A stretch of 48,915 nt of DNA. It comes from Acidobacteriota bacterium (GTDB taxonomy: Bacteria; Acidobacteriota; Terriglobia; Terriglobales; Acidobacteriaceae). Positions 24,401 through 32,304 of the stretch are shown here, in pieces. The position numbers and the translations under genes are program-made. Location: the NCBI GenBank assembly GCA_019236695.1, contig JAFAIN010000154.1:1-48915 (forward strand), given 5' to 3'. The notes beneath the pieces were generated by a model. That model searched no databases. It worked only from the letters and a program-made list of their open reading frames with translations, and had not been told where the DNA came from. The first letter of the stretch is position 1. Every line of letters begins with the position of its first letter.

Positions 24401-24862
24401 ATCGCGGCGCAGACCCAGTTTGTCGCAGCCCTGCGCGACGAGTTTAGCTCGCTCAGCACGACCGTGAACCAGGTGGAGAATGTGCGGGCGCAGCTCGTGA
24501 ACCTGGTGCGTGAGCTGGTGAATGATGATGCCGGCCGGCAGATTCGCCAGGCAGCACAGCAATTGAGTGACAAGCTGGTCAATGCCGAGGGCAAGCTCCT
24601 GCAGCTCAAGGACACCGGGCACGGGCAGGATGATGTGCGCTTCCAGCCCATGCTGATGGCCAACATCCAATACCTGGTTTCGGAAATAGCGAGCTCGGAT
24701 TTCCCGCCCACTACACAGCAGAACCAGGTGGCGCAGATGTTCCGGCAGCAGGGCGAGGAAGTTCAGCGCGAGATCCAGCAGATCATGGCCGGCGATGTAC
24801 CGAACCTTAACAACCTGCTGAAGGAGAAAAGCGTAGCCGGCATCATCACGAAAGTGCCGTGA
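21446..24862 (+). CDS. BNR/Asp-box repeat protein, sortilin/VPS10-like double beta-propeller ('glycosyl hydrolase BNR repeat' type), secreted
   Basis: The ORF is open from 21347, but ATG 21446 gives the signal peptide MKKAVLVSLILMTGWVTLRAQS. At least 10 Asp-box motifs (KTTDGGIHWE, STDAGKTWT, RTMDGGKNWE, RSMDGGSHWT, RSDDGGENWQ, SVDHGRTWN, TTDGGNSWQ, TRDGGKNWT, TADYGRNWT, FNDGADWQ). Confidence 0.85.
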   Translation: MKKAVLVSLILMTGWVTLRAQSAGIPVDAYSQLRFRYIGPVGNRTDSVAGVPGNPWIYYVGAASGGIFKTTDGGIHWEPIFDSQPVSSIGALAVTPGDPNTIWAGTGEAYIRSHISVGEGMYKSTDAGKTWTRMGLEKTGRIGNVIVDPHNPNIVFACALGHAYGPQPERGVFRTMDGGKNWERVLFVDENSGCSDLGMDPNNSQILFAGMWQIEIHTYGRTSGGPGSGLWRSMDGGSHWTKLEGHGLPRPPVGRIAVRVAAKDSRRVYALIETGDGDPSPVTNGRPSQQGQLWRSDDGGENWQMVNDDRNIRGRTAYYSREEISPDNENELYFFSAAFSHSLDGGRTLTPLASSPGGDNHEMWIDPTNADRMAVVNDAGVSISVDHGRTWNHVSLPIAQIYHVTVDNQVPYNVFGNKQDGSSYGGPSNSLQFGFGGGGGGGGGAGPISRSVWRPVDGGESGFATPDPVDNNIIWTSGTGSGSVQGAVMRYDMRTHQARNVEVWPVNASGATAAEVKYRFNWEFPIAISPHDHNKVYVGSQFVHATTDGGNSWQIISPDLTLNDRSRMGPSGGLTYDNIGVEYAGVVFAIAESPKQAGVIWAGTNDGLVQLTRDGGKNWTDVTKNIPNLPPWGTVSNIEASRYDAGTAYITVDFHQMNNRDPYVYKTADYGRNWTLITNGIPHSMLSYAHCVREDPVRRGLLYLGTENALYVSFNDGADWQPLQNNLPHAPVYWITVQENFHDLALATYGRGFWILDDLSALESLTPEVQNSAVHLFTPRQAYRFRPITQPASFQYDPTAGQNPPYGADVNFYLKSAPGPGDRATLTIHDSSGKAIRSMTCGAGRAAGPGGGGRRGQGQQQGQQPGTAPMEEPGQPQLAPLGPLAPQREEGGEAAPQCSLRAGINRVYWDLRTDATPQIRLRTPPLFVPDFPMGPGGTRPAPDANRISMLAPPGTYTVTLAFGGQEQSQKLTVIKDPHSSGSEADIAAQTQFVAALRDEFSSLSTTVNQVENVRAQLVNLVRELVNDDAGRQIRQAAQQLSDKLVNAEGKLLQLKDTGHGQDDVRFQPMLMANIQYLVSEIASSDFPPTTQQNQVAQMFRQQGEEVQREIQQIMAGDVPNLNNLLKEKSVAGIITKVP

Positions 24863-24866
24863 AACA

Positions 24867-24900
24867 GATCACCACGGAGGCACGGAGACACGGAGAAGAG
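24867..24900. repeat. CACGGAG-family repeat, single arm with three tandem octads
   Basis: gatcaccacggaggcacggagacacggagaagag. CACGGAG occurs at 24873, 24881 and 24889. It starts 5 nt after the stop at 24862. Confidence 0.75.
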
Positions 24901-24915
24901 CATTAAGGGCGCCAA

Positions 24916-25737
24916 ATGCCGATGCCTGTGCCGTTGCTTGAAGTCGTCAATCTTTCGGTCGCATTCCCCGGGGCGCCCGGGGCTGTGTCGGAGGTCAGCT
25001 TCGCCATTGAGCCCGGCGAAGCGCTGGGGCTGGTGGGCGAATCGGGGTCGGGGAAATCGCTAACGTCGCTCGGAATCATGCGGCTGCTGCCGCCGCAAGC
25101 CTCGGTTTCGGGTTCAATTCGCTTCCGCGGCGATGACCTGGGAATGCTGCCGGCCGAAGAGATTCGGCGCATTCGCGGCCGGCGCATCAGTATGGTTTTC
25201 CAGGAGCCAATGACGGCCCTGAATCCCGCGATGCGCGCAGGCGATCAGGTGGCCGAGGCGGTGCGCGCGCATTTTGACCTTGCGAAACGCGAAGCCTGGG
25301 AAAGGGCGCTCCAGGCGATGCGCGATGTGCGATTTCCAGAAGACCGGGCCCGCGATTACCCGCATCAGCTCTCGGGCGGGCAGCGGCAGCGCGTCATGAT
25401 CGCGATGGCCATTGTGAACCATCCCGATCTGCTCATTGCCGACGAGCCAACCACCGCGCTCGATGTTACGGTGCAGGCTCAAATCCTGGAACTGCTGGCG
25501 GAACTGCGGCAGCGTTTCTCGCTTGCAATGCTGTTTATTTCGCACGATCTTGCATTGGTGTCGCAAGTGGCGGACCGGGTGGCCGTTATGCTGAAAGGAC
25601 GAATTGTGGAGACCGCTCCGGTACGCGATCTTTTTGCCCACCCCCGCCATCCTTACACTCGAGGCTTGCTGGAGTGCGTCCCCACCATGCACACCGACCG
25701 AACGCGGCCGCTGCCCACCGGGTGGAAGCCCTCTTAA
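24916..25737 (+). CDS. ABC transporter ATP-binding protein, oligopeptide/dipeptide (DppD/OppD) type, short C-terminus, no cognate permease nearby
   Basis: 273-aa ORF. Walker A GESGSGKS, signature [12 protein letters not shown], Walker [13 protein letters not shown], and DppD-type features ([26 protein letters not shown]). Confidence 0.85.
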   Translation: MPMPVPLLEVVNLSVAFPGAPGAVSEVSFAIEPGEALGLVGESGSGKSLTSLGIMRLLPPQASVSGSIRFRGDDLGMLPAEEIRRIRGRRISMVFQEPMTALNPAMRAGDQVAEAVRAHFDLAKREAWERALQAMRDVRFPEDRARDYPHQLSGGQRQRVMIAMAIVNHPDLLIADEPTTALDVTVQAQILELLAELRQRFSLAMLFISHDLALVSQVADRVAVMLKGRIVETAPVRDLFAHPRHPYTRGLLECVPTMHTDRTRPLPTGWKPS

Positions 25738-25812
25738 GAGAGGGCGCAACCAGGAGTAGGATGAAATCTCCGTTGCCGTTCGTCTGACCGCACAGGCAAC
25801 TGACACCTTAAA

Positions 25813-27279
25813 ATGTCGATTCGCGTTCGCTTCGCCCCCTCGCCAACCGGCTTTCTCCATGTGGGCAGCGCCCGCACGTTTATCTTCAACTGGCTGTTTG
25901 CCCGCCACAACGGCGGGACCATGATCCTGCGCGTGGATGACACGGACGTGGAGCGCAACACGGAAGCCTCGGAGAGCTCGATTTTCGACGGGCTGCGCTG
26001 GCTAGGGCTGGGCTGGGATGAAGAGTATCGCCAGTCGGAGCGCCTGGAGCTGCACCGGCGCATGGCCAACGCAATTTTCGCGAAAGGCATGGCATACCGC
26101 GACTTTACGCCGGCGCATGCGGGTGACGATTCGCGGCCGGCCGCGCAGGGCGCCTGGTTGTTCCATGCCGATATGCGCAGCCTGCCGGCGGCAGAGAGCG
26201 ATGCGCGAGCCGCGCGCGGCGAGCCTTTTGCGCTGCGCTTCCGGGTGCCGCGGGAAGCGCAAGGCGAAGCTCAATTCCACGATGCCGTATACGGCGAGCA
26301 GGCAAAATCGTTTGTCGACATCGAAGACTTCGCCCTGCTGCGCTCCGACGGCATGCCCACGTACCACATGGCGTCGTGCGCCGACGATATCGACCTCGGC
26401 ATTTCCCACATCATCCGCGGGCAGGATCACCTGACCAACACCTTCAAGCATGTGCTGATCTTCGGCGCGCTCGGAGCCGCGGCGCCGCAGTTCGCCCATC
26501 TGCCGCTGCTGGTGGCTCCCGATGGCTCCAAGCTCTCGAAGCGCAAGCATGGACCGGTGGTGAGCGTGACCACCTACCGCGAGGCCGGTTTTTTGCCCGA
26601 AGCATTCATCAATTTCCTGTGCCTGCTGGGCTGGTCGCCCAAAGATGACCGGCAGTTCATGAGCGTTGCCGAAATCCAGGAGCTGTTCACGCTCGAGGGC
26701 ATCAATCGCGCCAATGCGGTGGTGAACTTTACGGAGCCGCCGCCCACGCCCGACGATGCATTCGACCCAAAAGCCGTGTGGCTGAATGGCGAGCACATTC
26801 GCGCCCTGCCGGTGGAAGAGCTGGCCGCGCGCCTCGGAGCATTCCTCGCGGCGGCCGGGCATCCGTTGGACAAGCAGGCGATGTTGAAGATTACGCCTCT
26901 AATCCGCGAGCGCATCCGCCTGCTGCGCGACGCGCTGGCCGCGGCCGATTTCTTCCTGAATCGGGAGCTCGCGCCTTACGACCCGGCGCTTCTGGTTCCG
27001 CAAAAGGGCGACGCTGCCATGGCGAGAAAGGTTCTCGAGAAGGCGCGCGAGGCGCTGGCCGAAACGGAATTCACCCACGACGCCCTCGAGCAGGCGCTGC
27101 GAAGCTCAGCCCAACAGCTAGGCTTGAAGGCGGGCCAGATGTTTTCGCCCATTCGCGTTGCAATCACCGGACGGACCGCCGCACCGCCGCTGTTCGGAAC
27201 CCTCGAGGCGCTGGGGAAGGAGCTGACCCTGCAGCGCATTGCTCAGGCCCTGCAGAGCGTCGGTGCGAGCACCGGGTAA
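25813..27279 (+). CDS. gltX: Glutamate--tRNA ligase
   Basis: 488-aa ORF. N-terminus [29 protein letters not shown] (HIGH-type motif), KLSKRK (KMSKS motif), and a typical class I GluRS length. Confidence 0.95.
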   Translation: MSIRVRFAPSPTGFLHVGSARTFIFNWLFARHNGGTMILRVDDTDVERNTEASESSIFDGLRWLGLGWDEEYRQSERLELHRRMANAIFAKGMAYRDFTPAHAGDDSRPAAQGAWLFHADMRSLPAAESDARAARGEPFALRFRVPREAQGEAQFHDAVYGEQAKSFVDIEDFALLRSDGMPTYHMASCADDIDLGISHIIRGQDHLTNTFKHVLIFGALGAAAPQFAHLPLLVAPDGSKLSKRKHGPVVSVTTYREAGFLPEAFINFLCLLGWSPKDDRQFMSVAEIQELFTLEGINRANAVVNFTEPPPTPDDAFDPKAVWLNGEHIRALPVEELAARLGAFLAAAGHPLDKQAMLKITPLIRERIRLLRDALAAADFFLNRELAPYDPALLVPQKGDAAMARKVLEKAREALAETEFTHDALEQALRSSAQQLGLKAGQMFSPIRVAITGRTAAPPLFGTLEALGKELTLQRIAQALQSVGASTG

Positions 27280-27289
27280 TTGGCGGCGG

Positions 27290-27676
27290 TTACCACAGCC
27301 GCCGGACGCGATAAGCATCAAAGATTGCGTCATTGCTCACAATTGCGAGGTCCTCGATCTGTGTTTGCGCAACCAGCATCCGGTCGAACGGGTCCCGATG
27401 GTGGATGGGTAACGATGCGGCCCGCAAAGCATGCGCAAGAGTGATCGGCATAACCTCAAACCCCTCGGATTCCAGTTCCGGCCCCAGATTTTCGATCAAG
27501 CCATCGTGAACTTTGAGTTTGCCGCTCTTGCTCTTGATAGCCAGTTCCCACGCCGAAGCGGCGGAAAAAAATACCTGGTTTGAAGTGTCGCGCAGTACGC
27601 GTTCCGCAACACGCGAAAGCTGTGGATCGTCGATACGCCACCACAGGAAGGCCTGGCTATCGAGCAAAAGCCTCAC
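27290..27676 (-). CDS. vapC: Type II toxin VapC (PIN-domain ribonuclease)
   Basis: 128-aa ORF. Its GTG start immediately follows the antitoxin TGA. PIN pattern LLLDSQAFLWW...FFSAASAWELAIK...HHRDPFDRMLVAQTQIEDLAIVSND, with conserved acidic residues. Confidence 0.9.
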   Translation of the reverse strand: MRLLLDSQAFLWWRIDDPQLSRVAERVLRDTSNQVFFSAASAWELAIKSKSGKLKVHDGLIENLGPELESEGFEVMPITLAHALRAASLPIHHRDPFDRMLVAQTQIEDLAIVSNDAIFDAYRVRRLW

Positions 27677-27904
27677 TCAATAACCCCACAGCTTCAACTC
27701 GTTTCGGGTCATGGGCGCGAAGGCGTCGCCAGCGATGGTGATTCGGCCCTTGGATTTGCCCGGAGCCCGGGTTTTGCGGGCATTGCCGATCGCCACCAGG
27801 CGGGCCACAGGCTTTTTCCCGCGGGCAATCACCACATCTTTGCCCTTTTCGGCCTCTTCCAGCAAGCGCGAAAGGTTGGTCTTAGCTTGATGAACCGTGT
27901 ACAT
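27677..27904 (-). CDS. Type II antitoxin, Phd/YefM-like, partner of VapC
   Basis: 75-aa ORF. MYTVHQAKTNLSRLLEEAEKGKDVVIARGKKPVARLV is the Phd/YefM-type N-terminal fold pattern. It abuts the vapC start. Confidence 0.85.
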   Translation of the reverse strand: MYTVHQAKTNLSRLLEEAEKGKDVVIARGKKPVARLVAIGNARKTRAPGKSKGRITIAGDAFAPMTRNELKLWGY

Positions 27905-27905
27905 A

Positions 27906-27928
27906 TTAGCTAAATATCTTAGCTAAAT
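27906..27928 (-). promoter_or_regulatory. Candidate VapB operator: two copies of ATTTAGCTAA (each containing the perfect palindrome TTAGCTAA), 13 nt apart, abutting the antitoxin start codon
   Basis: The minus strand reads CC-ATTTAGCTAA-GAT-ATTTAGCTAA-T-ATG. No Shine-Dalgarno sequence fits between the proximal copy and the ATG. Confidence 0.5.
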
Positions 27929-27984
27929 GGGTAGGCGCAGTCAAGGAAATCCGAGGGCAGCCGCCTTTCCAGCCGGGGAAGCTT

Positions 27985-28054
27985 TTCACCACGGAGACAC
28001 CGAGGCACAGAGAAAAACAACTGGAATTCCTTGCTCGGTGTCTCCTTCGTGGAG
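27985..28054. repeat. Inverted pair of CACGGAG-family repeat arms (about 20-bp stem hairpin)
   Basis: ttcaccacggagacaccgaggcacagag (27985-28012) pairs with tgctcggtgtctccttcgtggag (28032-28054). It lies just downstream of the stop at 28068 of the minus-strand YVTN gene. Confidence 0.75.
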
Positions 28055-28067
28055 CAACTGGGCAACC

Positions 28068-29120
28068 TCAGGGTTTCCCCACCATCAGCACGGTGAATGA
28101 ATCCGGAATCATGGGGCCGCGCGCGGGGCGGCCGGCCGGGCCCGGCGGGGCATCGGGCGCCGGCGGGCCGAACTCGGCGGCCATAGTGAACAGATGGCCG
28201 GTTTTGGTGTCGAGGGCCAGCGTCTTCGCTCCCCGCATGGTGTCCAGCGTCTGTTCCACTTCAAATGCGGTTGGGTTCTTTTCCTTGATGAACGTCATCG
28301 TGCCGCCACCCTCGGCGCTGATGGCTTCCATGGTCTTCGGATTGAATGCCACGGTATCGACGCCGGTGCCGGTGGGCAGCGTGGTGATGATGTTGCCGTT
28401 CTCGGCATTCATGATTACGACCACCGGCGAAGGCTGGCGATAGTAAGCAAACAGGATGTGGTTCTTCGCGTCGTATGCCAGGCCGCTGCCGCCCTGGCCT
28501 TTCGAGCTTGCGTCATAGTGCGCGGTTACGGTGAGGGTTTTGGCATCCACCACCGCGACATTCGCTTTATCGGCAATGTTGATGTAGATGGTGCCTTTGC
28601 CGTCGCTCACCGCCTGTTCGGGCGCGCCGCCTACGTCCAGGGTGCCGACGACCGTCCCTTCCTTGGCGTCGATAATCGTCGCGTACGGCGGCTGGTGGCT
28701 GAGCACCCAGACGCGCGAGTTATAGGGATCGCAAAGAATGCCATCGGGCCGGCCATCAACGTCAATGGTCTTGATGACCGCGAGCGTGCCGGCATCCCAC
28801 ATGGTGATGGGCTTAGTGGTGGAGAACCCATGGTGCGATTTGGAATCGACCGTCGCGCCGCCTGACCTGATGTTCGGGACGGAACCCGCCGGCTCGAGCG
28901 TATCAAGATTGAACACCATCACCTGCCCGCCGGAAGCGCCGCCGCGCGGGACATAGAGCCGGCGACCCTCCACGTCGGCAAAAATGTAGTCATAGCCGCC
29001 TTCGCCTCCCGCTTTGACGCTCTTCAGCACCTTATATGGACCTTGCGAAGAGGCGCTTTGCGCTTCCGCGCCGCAGCCGAACCAAGCCAGGACCGCAAGC
29101 GCGATGAATGCTTTTCTCAT
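28068..29120 (-). CDS. YVTN-family (YncE-like) beta-propeller repeat protein, secreted
   Basis: 350-aa ORF with GGAGGGAG upstream. Signal peptide MRKAFIALAVLAWFGCGAEAQS. Repeated blades (GGYDYIFADVEGRRLYV, VDSKSHHGF, LSHQPPYATIID, LAYDAKNHILFA, VAFNPKTMEAI). Paralog of the next gene. Confidence 0.8.
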   Translation of the reverse strand: MRKAFIALAVLAWFGCGAEAQSASSQGPYKVLKSVKAGGEGGYDYIFADVEGRRLYVPRGGASGGQVMVFNLDTLEPAGSVPNIRSGGATVDSKSHHGFSTTKPITMWDAGTLAVIKTIDVDGRPDGILCDPYNSRVWVLSHQPPYATIIDAKEGTVVGTLDVGGAPEQAVSDGKGTIYINIADKANVAVVDAKTLTVTAHYDASSKGQGGSGLAYDAKNHILFAYYRQPSPVVVIMNAENGNIITTLPTGTGVDTVAFNPKTMEAISAEGGGTMTFIKEKNPTAFEVEQTLDTMRGAKTLALDTKTGHLFTMAAEFGPPAPDAPPGPAGRPARGPMIPDSFTVLMVGKP

Positions 29121-29159
29121 AAATCTCCCTCCGGTTGAATTGATGTTCGATCGTTTCCC

Positions 29160-30191
29160 CTACTGGCGCTCGACCACCAGGACGTTGAAGGTGCCCGGCT
29201 TCGGCCGCATGCGCGCGCGCTGGCCGGCAGCCGCGGGCGCACTCTCCATCTCCGCCGCGGAGAGGAACAGGCGCTGGGTTTTGGGATCGATGGTCATGGT
29301 CTTCGCGCTTTGCTCGGTCGCAATGCTGCCGGCCGATTCATATTCATTCGCGCTCTTCTGATGGATGACGGAGATGGTGCCATCCCAGTTGGAGGCGAAG
29401 ATCATTTTGTTCTGCGGATCGTAGGCCACGGCATCCACGCGCTCGCCGATGGGCAGCGTGGTGAGCACTTTGCCGTTGCTGGAATCCATTACGGCCAACA
29501 CCTTGCTGCGGCAGCCGATAAACAGGCGCTGGTTGCTCCGGTCAATGGCGAGGCCAGTAGGCGTTTTGCAGCCGGTAATCGGCCACTTCTGTTTCACGGA
29601 GAGCGCTTTGGGATCGAACTCGACAACCTGGGCTGCGTCCTCCAGATTGACAAAGCCGTTGCCCTTGCCGTCCAGGACCGCCGCTTCGGCTCCGCCGCCC
29701 AGCGCAATCTTGCCCACCGGCTCTTCCTTATCAGGATCAATGGCCGTAATTTCCTCGGCATCGCCGTGGCACACGAACACGCGGGTGGTTTGCGGGTCGT
29801 AGAAAATCCAGTCGGGATCCTTGTCAACCGGGATGGTTTTGATGGTCTGGAAATTATCGGTATTGAACACAGTGATGGTGGCGTTGCCCCCATCCGTGAT
29901 GAAGCCGCGATGCAGCTTAGGAACTACGGCGATGCCGTGTACCCCGGGCGTGTTCGGGATGGTGCCGAGCAGCTTGCCCGAATCGGCGTCAAGCACGTTG
30001 ACTTCGCCGCCGTGGGAAACGTAGAGCCGGTTCCCCGAGCCGTCAAAGACGATGTAATCGAAGCCGCCATCACCCGGCACCGGAATGCGCTTCGTCACCT
30101 TGTAGCTTCCTGCGTCTTCGGCTGCAGCAGGCGCGGCGCAGCAGGCGGCTATGAGACAGGAAGCGATGATGATGTGTGCAGTCGTTCTCAT
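29160..30191 (-). CDS. YVTN-family (YncE-like) beta-propeller repeat protein, secreted (tandem paralog)
   Basis: 343-aa ORF with AAGGGAG upstream. Signal peptide MRTTAHIIIASCLIAACCAAPAAA. Colinear with the 28068-29120 product (YKVTKRIPVPGDGGFDYIVFDGSGNRLYVSHGG versus YKVLKSVKAGGEGGYDYIFADVEGRRLYVPRGG; C-termini FNVLVVERQ versus FTVLMVGKP). Confidence 0.8.
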   Translation of the reverse strand: MRTTAHIIIASCLIAACCAAPAAAEDAGSYKVTKRIPVPGDGGFDYIVFDGSGNRLYVSHGGEVNVLDADSGKLLGTIPNTPGVHGIAVVPKLHRGFITDGGNATITVFNTDNFQTIKTIPVDKDPDWIFYDPQTTRVFVCHGDAEEITAIDPDKEEPVGKIALGGGAEAAVLDGKGNGFVNLEDAAQVVEFDPKALSVKQKWPITGCKTPTGLAIDRSNQRLFIGCRSKVLAVMDSSNGKVLTTLPIGERVDAVAYDPQNKMIFASNWDGTISVIHQKSANEYESAGSIATEQSAKTMTIDPKTQRLFLSAAEMESAPAAAGQRARMRPKPGTFNVLVVERQ

Positions 30192-30226
30192 GGTTCAGCT
30201 CCCTTTCGAATTTCCTTTTCTGCGGG

Positions 30227-31594
30227 TTACGCGCTTGTGCCTCGTACCGCGCGCAGATCGATTCCCAACTGCTGGCATTTCTTGTACAGGTGGCTGCGCT
30301 CGAGCCCCAGCGCCCGGGCCGTGTTGGTAATGTGGTACTGGTGGCGCTTCAGCTCGCCGAGAACAATCTGCCGCTCGAATGCCTCGACACGGGTGGCCAG
30401 CGTTCCGGCACCCGCGCCCGGAGCTTCGGCAGAGCGATTCGGCAGCGCGGCGCTCACCGCTTCGAGATCGACCTCGTTGCCGGCGGAAAGCAGCATAGCA
30501 CGCTCCACCACGTTGCGCAGTTCGCGGATGTTTCCTGGCCAGGCGTACTGCTCCAGGCGCAGCACGGCTTGGGGCGCGAAGGTCATGGGCTTCCATCCAT
30601 TCTGTGCCGCCACCATTCGCGCAAAGTGCTCCGCCAGCGCGGGAACGTCGCCGGCACGCTCGCGCAACGGCGGCAGCGCCAGCGGGAAGACGTAAACGCG
30701 GTGAAACAGGTCCTGGCGGAAGGTTCCCTCTTCGGCCATGCGCGCCAGGTCGTGATGCGTGGCCACAATTACCCGCACGTTCACCGGCACAGGCCTGGTG
30801 CCGCCCACGCGCTCGACCTCGTTCTGCTCGAGCACGCGCAGCAGCTTGGACTGCATCGCCAGCGGCATGTCGCCAATTTCATCGAGAAACAGCGTTCCGC
30901 CGCTCGCCTGCTCGAATTTGCCGATGTGCCGGGCGGCCGCGCCGGTGAACGCTCCTTTTTCATGACCGAATAATTCGGATTCGATCAACTCGGCAGGAAC
31001 GGCCGCGCAGTTCAGGGTTACGAACGGCCCCGCGGCACGCGAACTGCGCTCGTGCAGCGTGCGCGCCACCAGTTCCTTGCCGGTGCCGGTTTCGCCAAGA
31101 ATACAGACCCGCGATTCCGTGGGAGCCACGCGCTCAATTTGCGCAAGAATGCGCCCCATCGCCTCGCTTGAGCCCACAAGCTGCTGCTGGTAAAGCCGGC
31201 TGCGCAGCTCGGTGTTTTCCTGCTCGAGCCGGCGCAGCTTCAGCGCATTTTCCACGGTGAGGAGGAGCTTTTCGGTGGAGAGCGGCTTCTCCAGAAAGTC
31301 CAGCGCCCCCAGCCGCGTGGCCCGCACCGCCATTTCAATGTGCGCCTGCCCCGACATCATGACCACGGGCGCCGCAACTCCCTGCGCCTTCAGTTGTTCC
31401 AGCAGCCATAGCCCGTCATGCTCCGGCATCACCACATCCGAAAAGATAAGGTCGAAGGACTCCGAGGCGGCGAGCTGCAGCGCCTTTTGCGCATTGTCGG
31501 CGACCGTAGCCTCGTAGCCGGCCATGCGGAAGGCGCGCGACAGCGAGGCCAGCGTGCCGGCTTCATCATCGACAATGAGCAGATGCGCCTTCAT
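30227..31594 (-). CDS. Sigma-54-dependent response regulator (NtrC family: REC + AAA+ + Fis-type HTH)
   Basis: 455-aa ORF. REC domain (LIVDDEAGT...[15 protein letters not shown]). Walker [15 protein letters not shown] motif (EKGAFTGA), [15 protein letters not shown], and a C-terminal HTH ([24 protein letters not shown]). Confidence 0.9.
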   Translation of the reverse strand: MKAHLLIVDDEAGTLASLSRAFRMAGYEATVADNAQKALQLAASESFDLIFSDVVMPEHDGLWLLEQLKAQGVAAPVVMMSGQAHIEMAVRATRLGALDFLEKPLSTEKLLLTVENALKLRRLEQENTELRSRLYQQQLVGSSEAMGRILAQIERVAPTESRVCILGETGTGKELVARTLHERSSRAAGPFVTLNCAAVPAELIESELFGHEKGAFTGAAARHIGKFEQASGGTLFLDEIGDMPLAMQSKLLRVLEQNEVERVGGTRPVPVNVRVIVATHHDLARMAEEGTFRQDLFHRVYVFPLALPPLRERAGDVPALAEHFARMVAAQNGWKPMTFAPQAVLRLEQYAWPGNIRELRNVVERAMLLSAGNEVDLEAVSAALPNRSAEAPGAGAGTLATRVEAFERQIVLGELKRHQYHITNTARALGLERSHLYKKCQQLGIDLRAVRGTSA

Positions 31595-31763
31595 CGGGAA
31601 CGCCTGGGTGCCAGGCGCTCACATTGTAGCCGGGCGGCGGGTGGCGGGCTCGAGCGCCGTTGGCGATGGTCCCGGCTTTCCGCCTCGCTCCGGGAGTGGG
31701 CCCGGCACCCGACGGCCGACGCCCGATCACGCTGCTAACGCCTGGCGGCGGCATCCGTCTATT

Positions 31764-31782
31764 CCCATAAGGTACTTATGGG
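31764..31782 (+). promoter_or_regulatory. Candidate PadR operator: inverted repeat CCCATAA-N5-TTATGGG
   Basis: Perfect 7-bp arms at 31764-31770 and 31776-31782, immediately before a -10-like TATAGA (31783-31788) and 24 nt upstream of the padR ATG. Confidence 0.4.
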
Positions 31783-31805
31783 TATAGACTGCTCCTGACG
31801 CGATT

Positions 31806-32141
31806 ATGGGAGCACCGGGAAAAACTGACCTCTTACAGGGCACGCTTGAGCTGCTGATTCTGAAGACGCTGGTCCGCGGCGCCATGCACGGCTACGCCAT
31901 CGCCGAAAGCATTCTCGCCTGTTCGGAAGAGGTGCTGCAGGTGGAAGAAGGCGCACTGTATCCGGCCCTGCACCGTCTGGAACTGCGCGGGCTGCTGGCT
32001 TCGGAGTGGGGCCTTTCGGAGAACAACCGTCGCGCCAAGTATTACCGGCTGATGCCCGCCGGGAAAAAACAACTGGCACACGAAACGGAGTACTGGCATC
32101 GAGTGGCGGGAGCGATTGGAAGAGTACTGGCCGCGACCTAG
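31806..32141 (+). CDS. PadR-family transcriptional regulator (Acidobacterial type, paired with an ADOP permease)
   Basis: 111-aa [30 protein letters not shown]...[43 protein letters not shown] is the PadR winged-helix pattern. Confidence 0.9.
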   Translation: MGAPGKTDLLQGTLELLILKTLVRGAMHGYAIAESILACSEEVLQVEEGALYPALHRLELRGLLASEWGLSENNRRAKYYRLMPAGKKQLAHETEYWHRVAGAIGRVLAAT

Positions 32142-32172
32142 GGGGATCACGGAATCAGTGAGATCTGGATGT

Positions 32173-32260
32173 GTCATCCCCAGCGAAGAGAGGGATTTGC
32201 ATTGCGTCCGGCGCCAAGGAATACAGATTTCTCGCGCCAAAACCTGGCGCTCGAAATGAC
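32173..32260. mobile_element. MITE-like palindromic element with GTCAT termini between padR and the permease gene
   Basis: The left end GTCATCCCCAGCGAAGAGAGGGATTTG and the reverse complement of the right end GTCATTTCGAGCGCCAGG...GAGAAATCTG are imperfect terminal inverted repeats. An internal hairpin GCGCCA-aaacc-TGGCGC is present. No coding capacity. A related terminus, GTCATTCCGAGC, occurs at 43460. Confidence 0.45.
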
Positions 32261-32304
32261 AGCTCCTGGAAAGCGGGTCGCGGCTTAAAAACGTTTACTG
32301 AAGG

